DNA of 64,000 bases from Gracilinanus agilis. Its lineage: Eukaryota. The first letter of the stretch is position 1, and each line of letters opens with the position of its first letter. Below, piece by piece: positions 50,079-63,380 of this stretch. The notes below the pieces were generated by a model. That model did no database searches. It was given only the letters and a program-made list of their open reading frames with translations, and was not told where the DNA came from. Location: positions 601,652,283-601,716,282 of the forward strand of contig NC_058130.1 of assembly GCF_016433145.1 (NCBI RefSeq), read 5' to 3'. Made by a program: the position numbers and the translations under genes.

Positions 50079-50539
50079 GGACTTCACCAGTTTCCTGGAA
50101 AACCTTAGCAATACCAAAAGAGATGGGAAATTGAAGGCTTTTATAAGTAAGCTGAATGAGCAGAAGAACTTTTTGCTTATGTAGTTATTTCCCATCCCAA
50201 TTATTTGAATCTTCTAGTTATATTCCAGGACTTCCCTGCTTCCTCTACCCCCCCCCCCACCAAAATAAAAAATGTTTGCATTCAAGAGACCCTGTGTTAT
50301 CAAAATACCAGTTTCCACATATAGTTTTTTATAATTTATGAAAGCTGATACACTTTTCTTGGGAGAGATTGAAATTACATACTCTACTTCAGGATCCTGA
50401 GAAGAGATGAGGCACTAGATCACTCATATGGCCTCTCAAGCTGCTAAATGTACAGAAGGCAAACTGAGGCTGGAATTAAACTGTCTTATACATTGTCATG
50501 CAGGGAGTTAGAGAAAACACAGAAAACTCCTCACCTTCA

Positions 50540-50945
50540 ATAATTCCAACAAATAATCATCTGCTCAAAGATCTCCAGTGACAACTCACTACCTTGCCAG
50601 GCAGCTATTCTATTTTGTGAATGTTCTCCTTGAAATAAGGAAGTCTTTTTTCCTTCTATGGAGCCAAACCTAGTCACCTTGTCCAGGCTAACAGAACACA
50701 TTGCAACACACCATCATCCATCAAATATTCGAAGTCAGCTGTCACAGCCCTTTCTTCACATACCCTACCCAAGTCACACTTTCTCCAAGACAAATACATT
50801 AAATTCTTTCAAATAGACTGTTTTCAAGTTATTTTATCATTCCATTCTGGTCACCCTTCTCTGGACCCACTTCAGCTTGCCAGTATTCTCTGTAAGATAT
50901 GGCCCCAAACCGAACACAATACTATAAATATGGTCTGATCACTAA
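50540..50945 (-). mobile_element. L3/CR1 fragment
   Basis: CTCACTACCTTGCCAGGCAGC; CTGGTCACCCTTCTCTGGACCCACTTCAGCTTG; AACACAATACT...ATGGTCTGATC. Confidence 0.7.
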
Positions 50946-51452
50946 TGCTATAAAAAAAAAAAAGCTGCCCTTTTATTTTCATAATCTAATCCTCTTTCCC
51001 TTTACTCCAAATTAAGATTCACTATATTCCTATGCTCCCAGTGAGCATTCCCACTTAGATGTTTCTGATGCTGGAAAACCCTAAAATGGAAAATCCTAAA
51101 ATTCAGAAAGCTATTTTATTCAAAAGTTAAATAAAGAATAGGTTTCTTTAGTGTCCAATTTTAAATGGCTAGTACTCCCTTAATTTGCTCAAAAGAAATA
51201 GAAAGCCAGTGAAATTCAAAACAAATCATGTCCAGGAATAATACAGAGCAATAAACAAACCACAACTTCAGCCTCTTCCTCCATTCCCCTCCCCCAGGAA
51301 AAAAAAGACCATACTATACATTTTGTTGTGTGTCATGATAGAAATTAAGCAGGGCTCTCAGCAACTCCCAAAGCATTCTCAATGCACATGGTTAAGCAAC
51401 AAAGACCCAGAATGCTGCAAATTCAACACCATCTAGTGTCAGTTCAGTTTTG

Positions 51453-51611
51453 TTGTTGTTTTTTTTGTTTTTAAGATCCTTACCTTCTTGGAGTTAATAC
51501 AGTGTATTGGCTCTGAGGGCTAGGCAATTGGGGGGTGGGGGGAACTCAAGTGACTTGCCCAGGTTCCTGCAGTTGGGAAGTGTCTGAGGCGAGAAGCTAC
51601 CCAGCTGCCCC
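51453..51611 (-). mobile_element. SINE1_Mdo-type SINE with internal deletion and TSD
   Basis: 13-bp TSD CAGTTCAGTTTTG at 51440-51452 and 51612-51624. Confidence 0.9.
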
Positions 51612-51962
51612 CAGTTCAGTTTTGACAGCAAGATTTTCCAGAAAAGATGTCCCTCCTCAAGCTAAGTCATCCACAGAAGAAGAGGCACAAACAGCTAATG
51701 TCCAAGAATACTCTTCAGAAGATCAACCATTTCCCAAGTGCTTCCCAAGCATTGAAGATCTGGCCCATAGATAGGGTTTAGTGCTCAAAATTGAGTCACC
51801 CTATTATCACAGAACACTTACACACACTGCTTACAGCTTGTTCTAGGAACTTAAGGGAACACTACTTTCTCACTAGACAACAAATGGGAAAATCACCAGA
51901 AACAACCCAGCACTAAGATCCAATCACATAAGAGGTTTCATCAATCAAAACTGAATCAGTAT

Positions 51963-52170
51963 GGGGGCAGCTGGGTAGCTCAGTGGAGTGAGAGTCAGGC
52001 CTAGACAGGAGGTCCTAGGTTCAAACCCGGCCTCAGCCACTTCCCAGCTGTGTGACCCTGGGCAAGTCACTTGACCCCCATTGCCCACCCTTACCAATCT
52101 TCTACCTATGAGACAATACACCGAATACAAGGGTTAAAAAAAAAAAACATACCAAAAAAAAAAAAAACTT
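51963..52170 (+). mobile_element. Young SINE1_Mdo subfamily copy with TSD
   Basis: Same diagnostic tail (ATGAGACAATACACCGAA) as the 28338 and 41419 copies; TSD AAAACT(T)GAATCAGTA. Confidence 0.95.
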
Positions 52171-52534
52171 GAATCAGTAGTTATTTTACATTTGTCCTGT
52201 TTTCCTCAGTTCTCAGAGCTCCCCGTTCTCAGACAGGCTGATAAGCAGAATCAGCAGTCTTCCTCCTTCCATAAAAGTAACCTAGAAAACAGGAGAGAGG
52301 CTGTGGGCCAAGCGTCATGCTAAAAGAAACCTATGGCCCTCTCACAGACCTCACCTTAATGATTTGTGTAATGATACCTATATATCTCAATTCCTAATTG
52401 AAAAATTATTTTACGAGGAAAAAAAGCAGAGCTAGGCATCGTTACAGTACTTTGCCCATAAGTTAATATTAACAGGATGAAAACAATTACATGTGCACCA
52501 TGTTTTAAGCTTTGAAACTGCTTTAAATGCATTT

Positions 52535-52730
52535 CATCTTTTAATTCTCACAAGCCAATAAAGCAAGAATGCCACAGTATTCCCATCTTAGAGGAAAGTG
52601 AGTGCCTTAGACATCAAGTGAACTGCCTGTGTTTACACAGTTCCTGAGGTGTCAGAGCCAGAATCTGAACCTAGGTCTCTCCTGATCTAATCAACTGATT
52701 CTGTCTATTATACTCACCTGCCTCTTAGTT
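52535..52730 (-). mobile_element. Old MIR
   Basis: CATTTCATCTTTTAATTCTCACAA...GTCAGAGCCAGAATCTGAACCTAGGTCT. Confidence 0.7.
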
Positions 52731-52789
52731 GAACTTTTTTTAAGTCTTCTATATTGAAAAGCAAAAAAGAGTAAAATTGGGAACAGTTA

Positions 52790-52962
52790 AGGTTGCTCAG
52801 TAGACTGACAGGCAGGCCTGGAGGCAGGAGGTCTTGGGTTCAAATGAACCCTCACACTTCCTAGTCATATGATCCTGAGCAAGTCACTTATCCTCTACTG
52901 CCTAACCCACATTGCTCTTCTAACCTTGGAACCAATACTTATATCAATTCTAAGGGTTTAAA
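52790..52962 (+). mobile_element. Older SINE1_Mdo-like SINE
   Basis: GGGTTCAAAT, GAGCAAGTCACTTA, CTTGGAACCAATACT, AAGGGTTTAAA. Confidence 0.8.
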
Positions 52963-53216
52963 GAGAGAGTGAATAAAATTGGTTTTCATAATTATTCATT
53001 AATCAAACTTACATTCTCTTCCCAAACTACTGACCTAACAATGGTAATGTCAATCTTTTCAAGAAAAATATAAATATATAAAGATTTGTGTCTAAACTCA
53101 GTTCTAGAATAGAGGGAGAATTTACATACATAAGATCATAAACAACATAGAATCTAAACTCTCATCTGTTAAAATTCTTGGAATTTCTTTTTGTTTTGTT
53201 TTAAAAATCCAAACAG

Positions 53217-53421
53217 GGGCAGCTGGGTAGCTCAGTAGATTGAGAGCCAGGCCTAGAGACGGGAGGTCATAGGTTCAAATCCGGCCTCAGACACTTCCCA
53301 GCTGTGTGACCCTGGGCAAGTCACTTGACCCCCATTGCCTACCCTTGCCACTCTTCCACCTATAAGTCAATACACAGAAGTTAAGGGTTTAAAAAAAAAC
53401 AAAAAAACAAAAAAAAAAACA
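53217..53421 (+). mobile_element. SINE1_Mdo, full length
   Basis: Close to 152-373; (A)nC tail; short TSD AAACAG. Confidence 0.92.
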
Positions 53422-53676
53422 GTTATAACCTATTTAAGATTAATATCATCATTAATGATACTAAAGGCACCTACCACAAATGAATTGGAAAATACATACT
53501 TTCCTTGGCATCAAGAAATCTCCCTCTTACAGTTTATTCTAGTTTATTATCATATTCTCATGCCTGTGCACAAAACAGATTTGGGACTGCACAGCACCCC
53601 CTACTTAATCATTTGAGGAAAATGTTAGTACCCTACCCACTTACCTGGAAGGAACTAAATTTGATTCATATTTCTT

Positions 53677-53986
53677 TTTTTTTTATTAGACATTTATTAA
53701 TATTCATTTTTAACCTGTTTACATACTTTATGCCCCTACTTTCCCCTTCACCCCCTGCTCTCCCCCCACCCGTGGCCAACGCACATTTCCACTGGTTGTA
53801 ACATGTGTCCTTGTTCAGGGTCTATTTCCCATTCATATCCGCCTCAGCCCATGCATTCAAGCAATTGTTTATCTTTTATGTTTCCTCTCCTGCAGATCTT
53901 CCTCTGAATGTGGGTAGCATCTTTACCATAAATCCCTCAGAGCTGTCTTGTGTCATTGCAGTGCTGCTGGTACAGGAGCCCATTAC
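53677..53986 (-). mobile_element. 5'-truncated L1 3' UTR with TSD
   Basis: Antisense homology to 18150-18480 (CTTCCTCTGAATGTGGGTAG, CATTTCCACTGGTT); TSD TGATTC(AT/CC)ATTTCTT at 53662-53676 and 53987-54001. Confidence 0.88.
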
Positions 53987-55287
53987 TGATTCCCATTTCT
54001 TGATAGGATCTGGTTACAGAAAAAGGAGTCTAACAGAAATAGTTTTTTCCTACTGTATTTCAAGTTTAAAAAGTCCAACTCTGCTGGCAGGACCTAGAAC
54101 AAGTCCATTTGAAATGAGGGGGCTAGAGTAGATCTCCAAAGTGCCTTCAAATTCCAAATTCTCTTAGAATTCTGACACAAATCCCCCAAACAGGTAATTG
54201 GCAACTTACAGGTCAAATGCAACATTGTGGATTTTTAGTATGCCACCCTCTCTTAGTAACAGCCTCATAAGGATATTAACATTTTTAGGAATGTTGGGGG
54301 AGGGAGACAGTTCATCTCTGGCAGCAAGCTCAAAGGTTGGCAACCCACTATTATCAAGGGAGGAGCCTGGAATAACCAGTAAACCTTGCAGCTAGTGATA
54401 GTTCTTGCTGTCACTATGAAAAGTCCGGGTGGTGTCCAAGAAAAACAGTAATACAAGCGACTGTCTTAGGCCCCTCTGCTAGACCATAGAGCCAAGTCTG
54501 TTAAACCCATCCTGCCTTTGTAAATATGCATGAATACTTTTTTGAATGCCTGTTGGACAGTGATGTTAGATACAAGGTGAAAAGCAGTGTACCCTTTTGC
54601 CTAGAGGGGAGTAGTAAGGAATAATGATTTTCCTTATTTTATTCTACAGACTGCCTGAGGCAGGCTGGTATCATTCTTACACTTATGTGCAAGGCTATGA
54701 CAAATAAGCCACATCTGTGCATTTCCTACAGAAACCTCATCCTTGTTTACTGCAACCAGGACACTAAGAGGTTTAAGATCTTTAGGCAGAAACTCAGGAA
54801 ATTAAATTGCACAGATCAACACATCTATGGCCATTGATCAAAACCCTAAGTCTAAAAAAAAAGGGGGGAGGATGGGAGTGGACAGGGAATATCCATGATC
54901 AGGCAACAGAATCCCTTAGGTCTGTCTGCCTTATGTCATATTCAACCAGTCCAGAGGTAGGCCTGCCTTCAATTGTATCTCACACAGGCCACTTCAGGGA
55001 GCTGGCGCTGCAGTAGGTTAAAAAAAAACAAAAACAAAAAATTTTAATAATCAGAGCTGTCCAAAAAAATAAAAGGATAATTTTCCTCAAGTTCTCCATT
55101 ATTTGAAATGTTCAAAACGAAAGGATTAAATAACCATCTGTCAGAGCAATTTTGGCCCTCCCCATAGCCAATGCACTCTTCTAAAATTTGAAAGTCAATG
55201 CAAAGCAGATGTGGATTCTACCTGCCATCCCTGTACTGTTAGACACTGCACGCTCCACCTATTTTATCAATCAATAAACATTTTATT

Positions 55288-55449
55288 GGGGGCAGCTGGG
55301 TGGCTCATTGAGCACTAGGCCTAGAAAAGGGAGGTCCTAGGTTCAAATCTGGCCTCACACACTTCCCAGCTGTGTGACCCTGAGCAAGTCCCTTGACCCC
55401 CATTGCCTACCCTTACCACTCTTCTGCCTTGGAACCAATATGTAGTATT
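55288..55449 (+). mobile_element. SINE1_Mdo-type SINE cut by the gap, inserted in an L2 terminus
   Basis: Head, CORE and start of the tail run up to the N run. Confidence 0.9.
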
Positions 55450-55906
55450 NNNNNNNNNNNNNNNNNNNNNNNNNNNNNNNNNNNNNNNNNNNNNNNNNNN
55501 NNNNNNNNNNNNNNNNNNNNNNNNNNNNNNNNNNNNNNNNNNNNNNNNNNNNNNNNNNNNNNNNNNNNNNNNNNNNNNNNNNNNNNNNNNNNNNNNNNNN
55601 NNNNNNNNNNNNNNNNNNNNNNNNNNNNNNNNNNNNNNNNNNNNNNNNNNNNNNNNNNNNNNNNNNNNNNNNNNNNNNNNNNNNNNNNNNNNNNNNNNNN
55701 NNNNNNNNNNNNNNNNNNNNNNNNNNNNNNNNNNNNNNNNNNNNNNNNNNNNNNNNNNNNNNNNNNNNNNNNNNNNNNNNNNNNNNNNNNNNNNNNNNNN
55801 NNNNNNNNNNNNNNNNNNNNNNNNNNNNNNNNNNNNNNNNNNNNNNNNNNNNNNNNNNNNNNNNNNNNNNNNNNNNNNNNNNNNNNNNNNNNNNNNNNNN
55901 NNNNNN
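55450..55906. other. Assembly gap (about 457 N)
   Basis: N run. Confidence 0.99.
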
Positions 55907-55914
55907 GGAGGGAG

Positions 55915-56445
55915 GGGTTTTTAAGTCCCAGCTATGTGCCAGGCACTGTGCAAATATCTGAGGATATGAAAAAACAGCCCTAGCCCTCAAAGAGGTAATC
56001 CAATGGAAGAGACAACAAGCAAAGAGATACACAAAGCAAGCTCTACATTGGCTAAATAAATAATTAGCAGAGAAAAGGCACTGGAATTAAGAGGAAATGG
56101 TGAAGACTTCCTATAAACAGAGGGAATTTAGTTGGGACTCAAAAGGATGTCATGAAGGTTGGTAGAGTGGAGGAGGGAGACAATTCCAGGCCTGGGAACA
56201 GCCAGAGATAAAGTTCATGGAGCAGAGAACTAAAATGTTTTGCTTATCTAACAGTCAGGAGACCATTGTCAATGGATGGTAGAGTATATGGTGGAGAAGT
56301 AAGGTGTAAAAAAGACTGGGAAAGGTGGGAGAGAGCCAAGTTATGAAGGGCTCTGAATGCCAGAGGACTTTGTATTTGCTCCCGGAGGCAATAGGAAACC
56401 ACTGGAATTTACTGAGTAGGGGAGTAACATATTCAGACCTGCAAT
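55915..56445 (-). mobile_element. L2 3' region
   Basis: CTATGTGCCAGGCACTGTGC; GAAGGGCTCTGAATGCCAG...GGAGGCAATAGGAAACCACTGGAATTTACTGAGTAGGGG. Confidence 0.85.
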
Positions 56446-56549
56446 CAACCTTCTTCTAGTGAAACACTTTTGAGTACCAGCCTGGTGGGAACCACATAGT
56501 CATGATTTTGATTTTAATTCCACTGGCAGAGGGACTGTGTGAGATCTCT

Positions 56550-56990
56550 CCAGGACAAAGGGTATATTGCACAGTTTAGGTGCCTTAGGTGCCTTGGGGG
56601 CCAAATTGCTGCCTAAAATAGTTGGACCAATTCACAATTCTACCAACATTTCATTTGTTTGCACCTTTTTCCTGATGCCTTTCCAACACAATATGTATTT
56701 TCCTCTCTGGTCAACATTGCCAGTCTAATAAGGTAGAACCCTCAGAGTTGTTTTAGTTTTCATTTTTCTAACTATCAGTGATTTGTAATATTTTTTTCAT
56801 AAGGCTGCTGATAGTTTGTATTTCTTCCTTAAGAAACTTCCAGTTCATGATGTACTAAACATTTATGAGGCTCTTATTCTTATTAATTTGAATTTGCTCT
56901 GTATGCCTCTTAGAAATGAGTTCAACAGAGAAACCTGATGCCCCCTCCCAAAAGAAAATTCCCCAATTATCTGTTTCCCTTCTAATATTT
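56550..56990 (-). mobile_element. Old L1 ORF2 3' fragment
   Basis: TTGGACCAATTCACAATTCTACCAACA...CCTCAGAGTTGTTTTAGTTTTCATTTTTCTAACTATCAGTGATTTG. Confidence 0.7.
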
Positions 56991-57229
56991 GCCACAAACC
57001 AGAAAGGGTTGCTACACAAATGACTGCTATTATTAACTAAAGCTCACTACCTCTCAAAATGTCATCAAAAATATTATCTGTGGAAAGGAAGACATTGAGA
57101 ATGGACAACTTCAATCAGGAAAATCTAACATATGTATACTGTGAAGGACCATGAATAAAAGCCATTTAACCTCTCACAGTATCTCTAGGTAACTCAGTAT
57201 TTATTAATAATAATATCAAAAATACTGTG

Positions 57230-57390
57230 TTATCCTCACAACAATCCTAGGAGGCAGTTGTTATTGTTATCTCCCTTTTACAGTTGAGAAAACTGGGGCT
57301 TAAGAAGCAAAATGACTTGCCTGGGGTCACACAGTCACAATGTCACAATCAGGTCTTCCTGATTCCCAGTCCAACACTATGCAGCCAAGT
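57230..57390 (-). mobile_element. Old MIR
   Basis: CCTCACAACAATCCTAGGAGG...TTTACAGTTGAGAAAACTGGGGCT...GACTTGCCTGGGGTCACACAG. Confidence 0.75.
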
Positions 57391-59949
57391 TTATAGTCTA
57401 AAAATATGAAAATTGCAGACCAGCACTGGTAGAGAAGCAAATCCTCACCCAATGTTCCCTATGAAATCATGAATCAGGATTTGCTCCATATTTCCCTTAC
57501 ACACCCCTCCTTCTCACCCCCAAAAAATCTTCTCTGTAAATAAGGTTCTTTTGAATAGCAGAATGTTTACATGAACATCTTTTTGTTGAGTGAAGAAACT
57601 ACCACACATCCATAGGCAGAATGCTCTACTTTAATCCTAAGAGTTTTACCCTTCCATCAAGCCATTCAGAACTTCAGATAAGGAAGGGATAAGAGATGAA
57701 AGAGGGGGTAATTAACCATTTAAATTGTCAGATGAAGCTAAAACTAAAACCCCAATACAGAAATTTATTTTTTTTCCCATTAAAACTTATAAGCAGAATT
57801 AAAATACTGAATCAAGTGACATCTATTTTCTTGTTACTTCTCCTAGGAACCCCCAAGTCATGGTATAATAGGAAGAGCTCTGAATGGTGATTCTGGAGAA
57901 AAAAAAAACAACAAAATGAATAATAATCTGAATGTTCTAAAGAAGAGAATATTGAATTAATAGAGGATGGAAGAGTAAGATGAAAAGTGTTCTAGAGATA
58001 ATGAGAAAAAGACAGAGACAGTCAGTCATCTCAGTACTTTTTTCAACACTAAGGGCTTTGGAGTATAAGCAACAAGAGTTTCAAAAGATGATGGTACAAT
58101 TACAAGAGCTCATTTCATAGGGCTATTCTGTTTCCTTGATTTAAATGTACCACAAACATTACTCTTCTACTTGCCAGCCATAATTAGGGTCATTCTTTTT
58201 TTTTGGGGGGGGGGGCCCTCACAAATAGAACAGAGAGGGGTATTTGGAGGAGAGGGAGAATTATCCTGAGGTAATTGGTCAAGAAAAAGAAAGAATTCAA
58301 AAAAGATTAAAGAAAGGCGTACCTAAAGGGATTTCCTGAGGTGGAATTAACTGAGCTGTGAGTGATGGGTTTTTAAAAATATACTGTACACAAGACTAGA
58401 AAGAGGAGGATACAGTATAAGCAAGAGCCTTCCTAAGAGAGAAGAAAAGAAATGGTTGGGAAAAGAAACTGTAGTTCCTGGAAACAGCCACCAGGGGTTA
58501 AGGCCAATCTAAACTCAAATTAGCCAAAGTGGAAGAGTCTTCCTAAAACCAAAGCCCTATCAATGTGCTTTCCTATGTCATCTCAAATTAAAATGGCAAC
58601 TTAATTAGTTCTATCTGCTAATCACTCAGGATTTAGAGAATCTAGTCCAATTCAACCCCCTCATTTAACAAATGAGAAGTGATGTGCAAGGAGACAGAAT
58701 TTGAACTCAAATCCAGAACATCACTTTGCCATTAGCTCTAAGACCCTCAATTTCCCAATCTACAGAGATAAGGGATAATTCATTCACTACATACACAGGA
58801 TTATCCAAAAAAGCATTTTGTAAACCTTAAATTGCTATTTAAATGTGAGCCATTATCTGTAGATTTGTAACACTGAGATATAATCAACCTGAGACTATCT
58901 ATTAAACATCTCTAAAGAATATGCCACTGTATAAAAGAAATACACAAAACTTGCTGAGATTTATGGGAGAAAACTGTCTGAAGGATAAGCTCCAAAAAAT
59001 CTAAGTGCTTCACATATTGAATATTGAAATCTCTGACCATTTCATGGCAAGTGGGATGTGTATATATTGGGTTTTTTAGCAGCCCAGTTAGGAATACACA
59101 GCTTCTTCCCAGGCAGAGGTCCAAGGAATTTTAAAGCTTGAATGAAAATGCTAATTGCAATATACTAAAAACAGAACAAAGTAAATGCACATTTAAACTC
59201 TGAAGTGCTGTAATAAGGTCAGGAGAAAAGAAGAGCTATTAATCTTTCTTGGTTACTATTAGTTCTTCTTTCCAACAAACCTTCGTGCTCAACACAGATA
59301 CAGTTAGCTCCTGAAGTCACACGCACGTTATTAATTAGTCTTCTGTTCCCTGTCTGGTGCTGCCCTCTTCTTCTAAAAAACTGTCTCTAGTCAATCTAAT
59401 TCAGAAATATCTTGAAATAAGGCAAGAAGTGATATTTAGGGGTCATACATTCCTCTGCAACCAACTTGGGCTTGGAAGCAAGTTTAGTTAAAATGTTACA
59501 TATTCAGCTGTGACTAAAAAGTGATCAATCACCATGCTCCAAGTCAAGTTTACAGGCCAAGGTCTAGTTAACAGACATAAAAATAGTACATTGTTAGTGT
59601 GTACTAAGAGACTGAAATTGATATCCTATACCAGATAAATCTAGGATGGAGATTTGCCGTCACTAAACAAAACTAAACTCTCCTCAGAAGGGAGCCTTTC
59701 TTCTGTCCCCTCAGAGCCCATCTAGTTGATATGGTCTCAATTAAAAAGACTCAACCACCAGATCTGTCCTCCCCTAGAAATGACGGGACAGCAAAAAGCC
59801 AGGGCAGCATCCTCCCTGCCTTTTCATCTCCCCTGCTCCCCCCCCCACACACACACAGAAGAGTCCATCCCCAGGATCTCTTAGCTAATTACTTGATTAC
59901 ACACATAACCTGGGAGAGACAGGAATCAACAACTCTATATCTTTTCCTG

Positions 59950-60250
59950 ATCCCGGAGGCCTTAATAGCTGACCTCCCACTGCTTCCAAAGGGTCCTCCA
60001 GGCCTCATCATCTGCCTTTCCAGGACACCTCACAATCACCACTACTGTTTATCCTAAAAAACCATAGCACCAGAGCAATATTCTCACCCTTAGGATATCC
60101 TGCCTGTCCTTTCTTACCACCTTGCAGTTCAATTTTCTTATTTGTTGTCTTTTCCAATTAGGAATATGAGTTCCTAGAGGCTATCTTGATCTTTCTATTT
60201 GTATCCCTGGAATGTTTAGCATAAACTTGTCATACTATAAATATAGTAAG
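59950..60250 (+). mobile_element. L2 3' end
   Basis: ATATGAGTTCCTAGAGG...TTTCTATTTGTATCCCTG terminal region. Confidence 0.55.
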
Positions 60251-61989
60251 TGATTTTTCACTCATTCATTCATCAAATCATGTTGAGATAACCTCAAGAT
60301 AGAAAGGGTGAGAGGTAATAAGAAAAGCACTGACATTGAAGTTTGAGGAATTGAGTTAAAATCTCAGCTCTACCAAGTTATAGAACCAAATTGCTTCTTC
60401 CAATAGCCTTATGATGCAAGTCAATTCACATCTCTGGACTTCAATGACCTTGTAAATGAGGGGGGATAAGATCCCTTGGAGTTCTACAACTATGATTCTA
60501 TAGAAGACTAACTGGCTTTTTTTCAGATCCACTTAAATATGCTTTTAAACACTAAATATTGTCATCTAGTAACAAAATCAATAAACAATCAAACAAGAAA
60601 TTTATCATGGAATACTGTGTTACAGCTCCTAAGCATGTTAAAGCTCTAGCAAATTCTGATCTCAAAATTTATTATATCTTAAGTTATACTCTATACAGAA
60701 ATTCAAGCAAGCTCCAATTCTCTTAAAATCTTGTTACAACTTTAAAAAAGATATCCAGAAGAGACAAACCCAGTCAGTGTCAGTCCCCTACCACCAATCT
60801 AAAAGTTTAAACTGAATTCTTTCCTACATTCTTTAATCTCTGCCAAAACCAGAACAGCTAATAGTTGCTGCAGTCTTAAAAGAAAGGATCTAAACACAGT
60901 TACATGTGTATATACATATATTCACTGAATTTTTTTAAGCCTCTATAAAAACATACATATAGTGTATAACAAATAACTCAAGAGACTCCATGGAACTGGT
61001 AAATAAATTTCCCATATACAAAATGTCTGCCAATTAGGTTTTTAAAGGACTGCTCCAAAGAGATGGGTGAAATCAAGACTGAAGGAAACCTTAGGACCCC
61101 TTGAACTCTGTTTATTCTCAGTCAACAATGACATCTGCCTTCTGCCAATTACCAAACCAAGACACTGCAGTCTACTGGGAAATAAACTGTTTTACTCTCA
61201 TATATCAATCCCCTATTCTGGCTTAAAAGTTAAACTCCCCCACAGATGGACTCCTTTATATGGAAACAAGAAGAGAAACATTAATCACACCAGAGAATGT
61301 GGCCAATTCTAACCCTAAACCAGGTTACATTCTGGCAAAATGGATTGGGGGGATGGGAAGGATGGGGGAGCATGCTTTCTGCCTCCCATTACAAATCAAT
61401 CACAGCACAGATAAGATGTTTTTGGAACAGTGCATGGAGAGAGCTTTGTTTCTTCTTATTCCTCTTCTCACAGACCCCTTTCCTTGGCCTAAGATGGAAA
61501 AGGAGAATTCCAGAATCCCAGATGGGTCTACAAGCAGCAGAAGGGAGAAATCTATTTAGTTTTAACCTTTCCACTCTTCTTTTCCCCACAAGAACCTTAA
61601 CAACACAAGAAGCACACAGAATTTGGCAACCCTTCTAATTATTATAAAAGACCAAGCATCTCTCTCCTCCAACAAAGCTTCCTCTTTAGACTCCCTTTCT
61701 ATGTAAAAAGTAAACTATTCAGATGAATGCCAATTATGGAAAACAAGCCCTCTCCAGCAATAACCCTGGATGTTCCTGTCTAAACCTAATTTTTTACCCC
61801 TCCTTTCATCATTAATGTCACCAAGTCAGCAAAATGTCAAGGTTGACTCCCTGCTGAAGTTTCAGGAATTCAGTAAAAATTTTCTCCATGACACTCCTGA
61901 AGGACTTATGTGAAAGAATGCTATCCACATTGTGAGAAAGAACTATGGGAGTAGAAATGCAAAAGCAAAATATATGACATCACTTTCAC

Positions 61990-62011
61990 GTGTGTGTGTG
62001 TGTGTGTGTGT
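61990..62011. repeat. (GT)11 microsatellite
   Basis: Directly visible. Confidence 0.9.
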
Positions 62012-62324
62012 ATGTATTATATACACACATACACACAGCAATCAAAGTTATTGGTACTATGATTATTTTTACTAGAGAGGTTCCAATGTATTTTCCTTTA
62101 GAAAAGACAAAGACTCAGCAGCCAATGTGGATGTGGAACAATTCTTCTTTATATAGTATTTTACAGTTAATAAACTATGGCCTATGCTCTAAAATCATTA
62201 GGTGAGGATACAATTAAATAAAAGGTTGTATATCCTGGAACAGATCCTCAATGGATCACAGGTAGAGCTGGAGGGGGAGAGGGACCTACATAGGACAGAA
62301 CCAACCACAAATAGGCTCCTCCAT

Positions 62325-62500
62325 AGGAGCAGCTAGATGACTTGACAGATAGAGCAAGTCATAGGTTCAAATCTGACCTCAGATACTTCCTAGCTGTGTG
62401 ACCTTGAGCAAGTCACTTAACTCCAATTGCCTAGCTCTTTACCCCTCTTCTACCTTAGAACCAATAATTAGTACTGAGTGGAAGACTGAAAGTAAGGTTT
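62325..62500 (+). mobile_element. SINE1_Mdo-like SINE
   Basis: GGAGCAGCTAGATG head; GGTTCAAATCTGACCTCAGATACTTCCTAGCTGTGTGACC. Confidence 0.82.
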
Positions 62501-63174
62501 TTTTTTTTTTTAATTTGATTCCACCATGAGAGAACTTATGGTTTCATTTTTTGTGACAGGTTAAAGCAATTGAGGGAGAGGGAAGGATCCCATCTCAAGA
62601 AAAGTTGAAAGGATTTAGCACGAAAAAGGATTGCCTAGAACTGCTTCCTCCAGCACAATATTAACTAAGTACCATGATGTCTGGTATACAGTTCCACCCT
62701 TCCTTCCTAAGACAAGGTCTAGATTTTTGGTGGTGGTGGTTGTTTTTAATCTTTGTATCTTCAGATCTTTATTAAATATTCTACAATATTTTATATATTT
62801 AACTGAACAGTGGATCACTACTAATATAAGCCAATAGTGTAAAGTAAAATCCTTTGTTTTACTTTTTTTTTTAAAGCATGCCCACGATGGTAAAAGGAAA
62901 TATTAGGAATACACAGTCATCTATTCCTTACATTCTGATGAAGGCCTTATTAAAAAACTCTGTCTCTGTTGATCTCTCTAGGTCAGTCTTTCTGTCTGTG
63001 TGTGTATGTATGTATATCTTTCTTATTTCTAAAACAGCCATGGACAGCAACTGAATGGAGCCATTTGTTGAAGGACTTTTTTAAAGCTTATTAAACAAAG
63101 TAGACGGCTATCAGTTGGGGAATAACTAAACAAAATATGGTGAGGGAATATTACAGTGGGGTAAGAAATGATGA

Positions 63175-63380
63175 AGAGAGGAATCGGTACCTACTATGTG
63201 TCAACCACAAAGAGAGACAAAAACCAGTCCCTGCCCTGTGGGAGTTTAAGATCTAATAGTAGAAATTATGCAAAAGGGCTATCTTTGTGCAAAAAAAACT
63301 ATAATAGGAATCAATATGAAATATGCAACAGAAGGAAAGTACTAGAATAAGAATGATTAGGAAAAACTAAGACTTGAGGA
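63175..63380 (-). mobile_element. L2 3' fragment
   Basis: TACCTACTATGTGTCA...CAGTCCCTGCCCTGTGGGAGTTTAAGATCTAAT. Confidence 0.6.

Noticed and set aside
54190-54350. Possible degenerate hAT end AAAGGTTGGCAACCCACT
   Set aside because: No identifiable partner TIR or TSD
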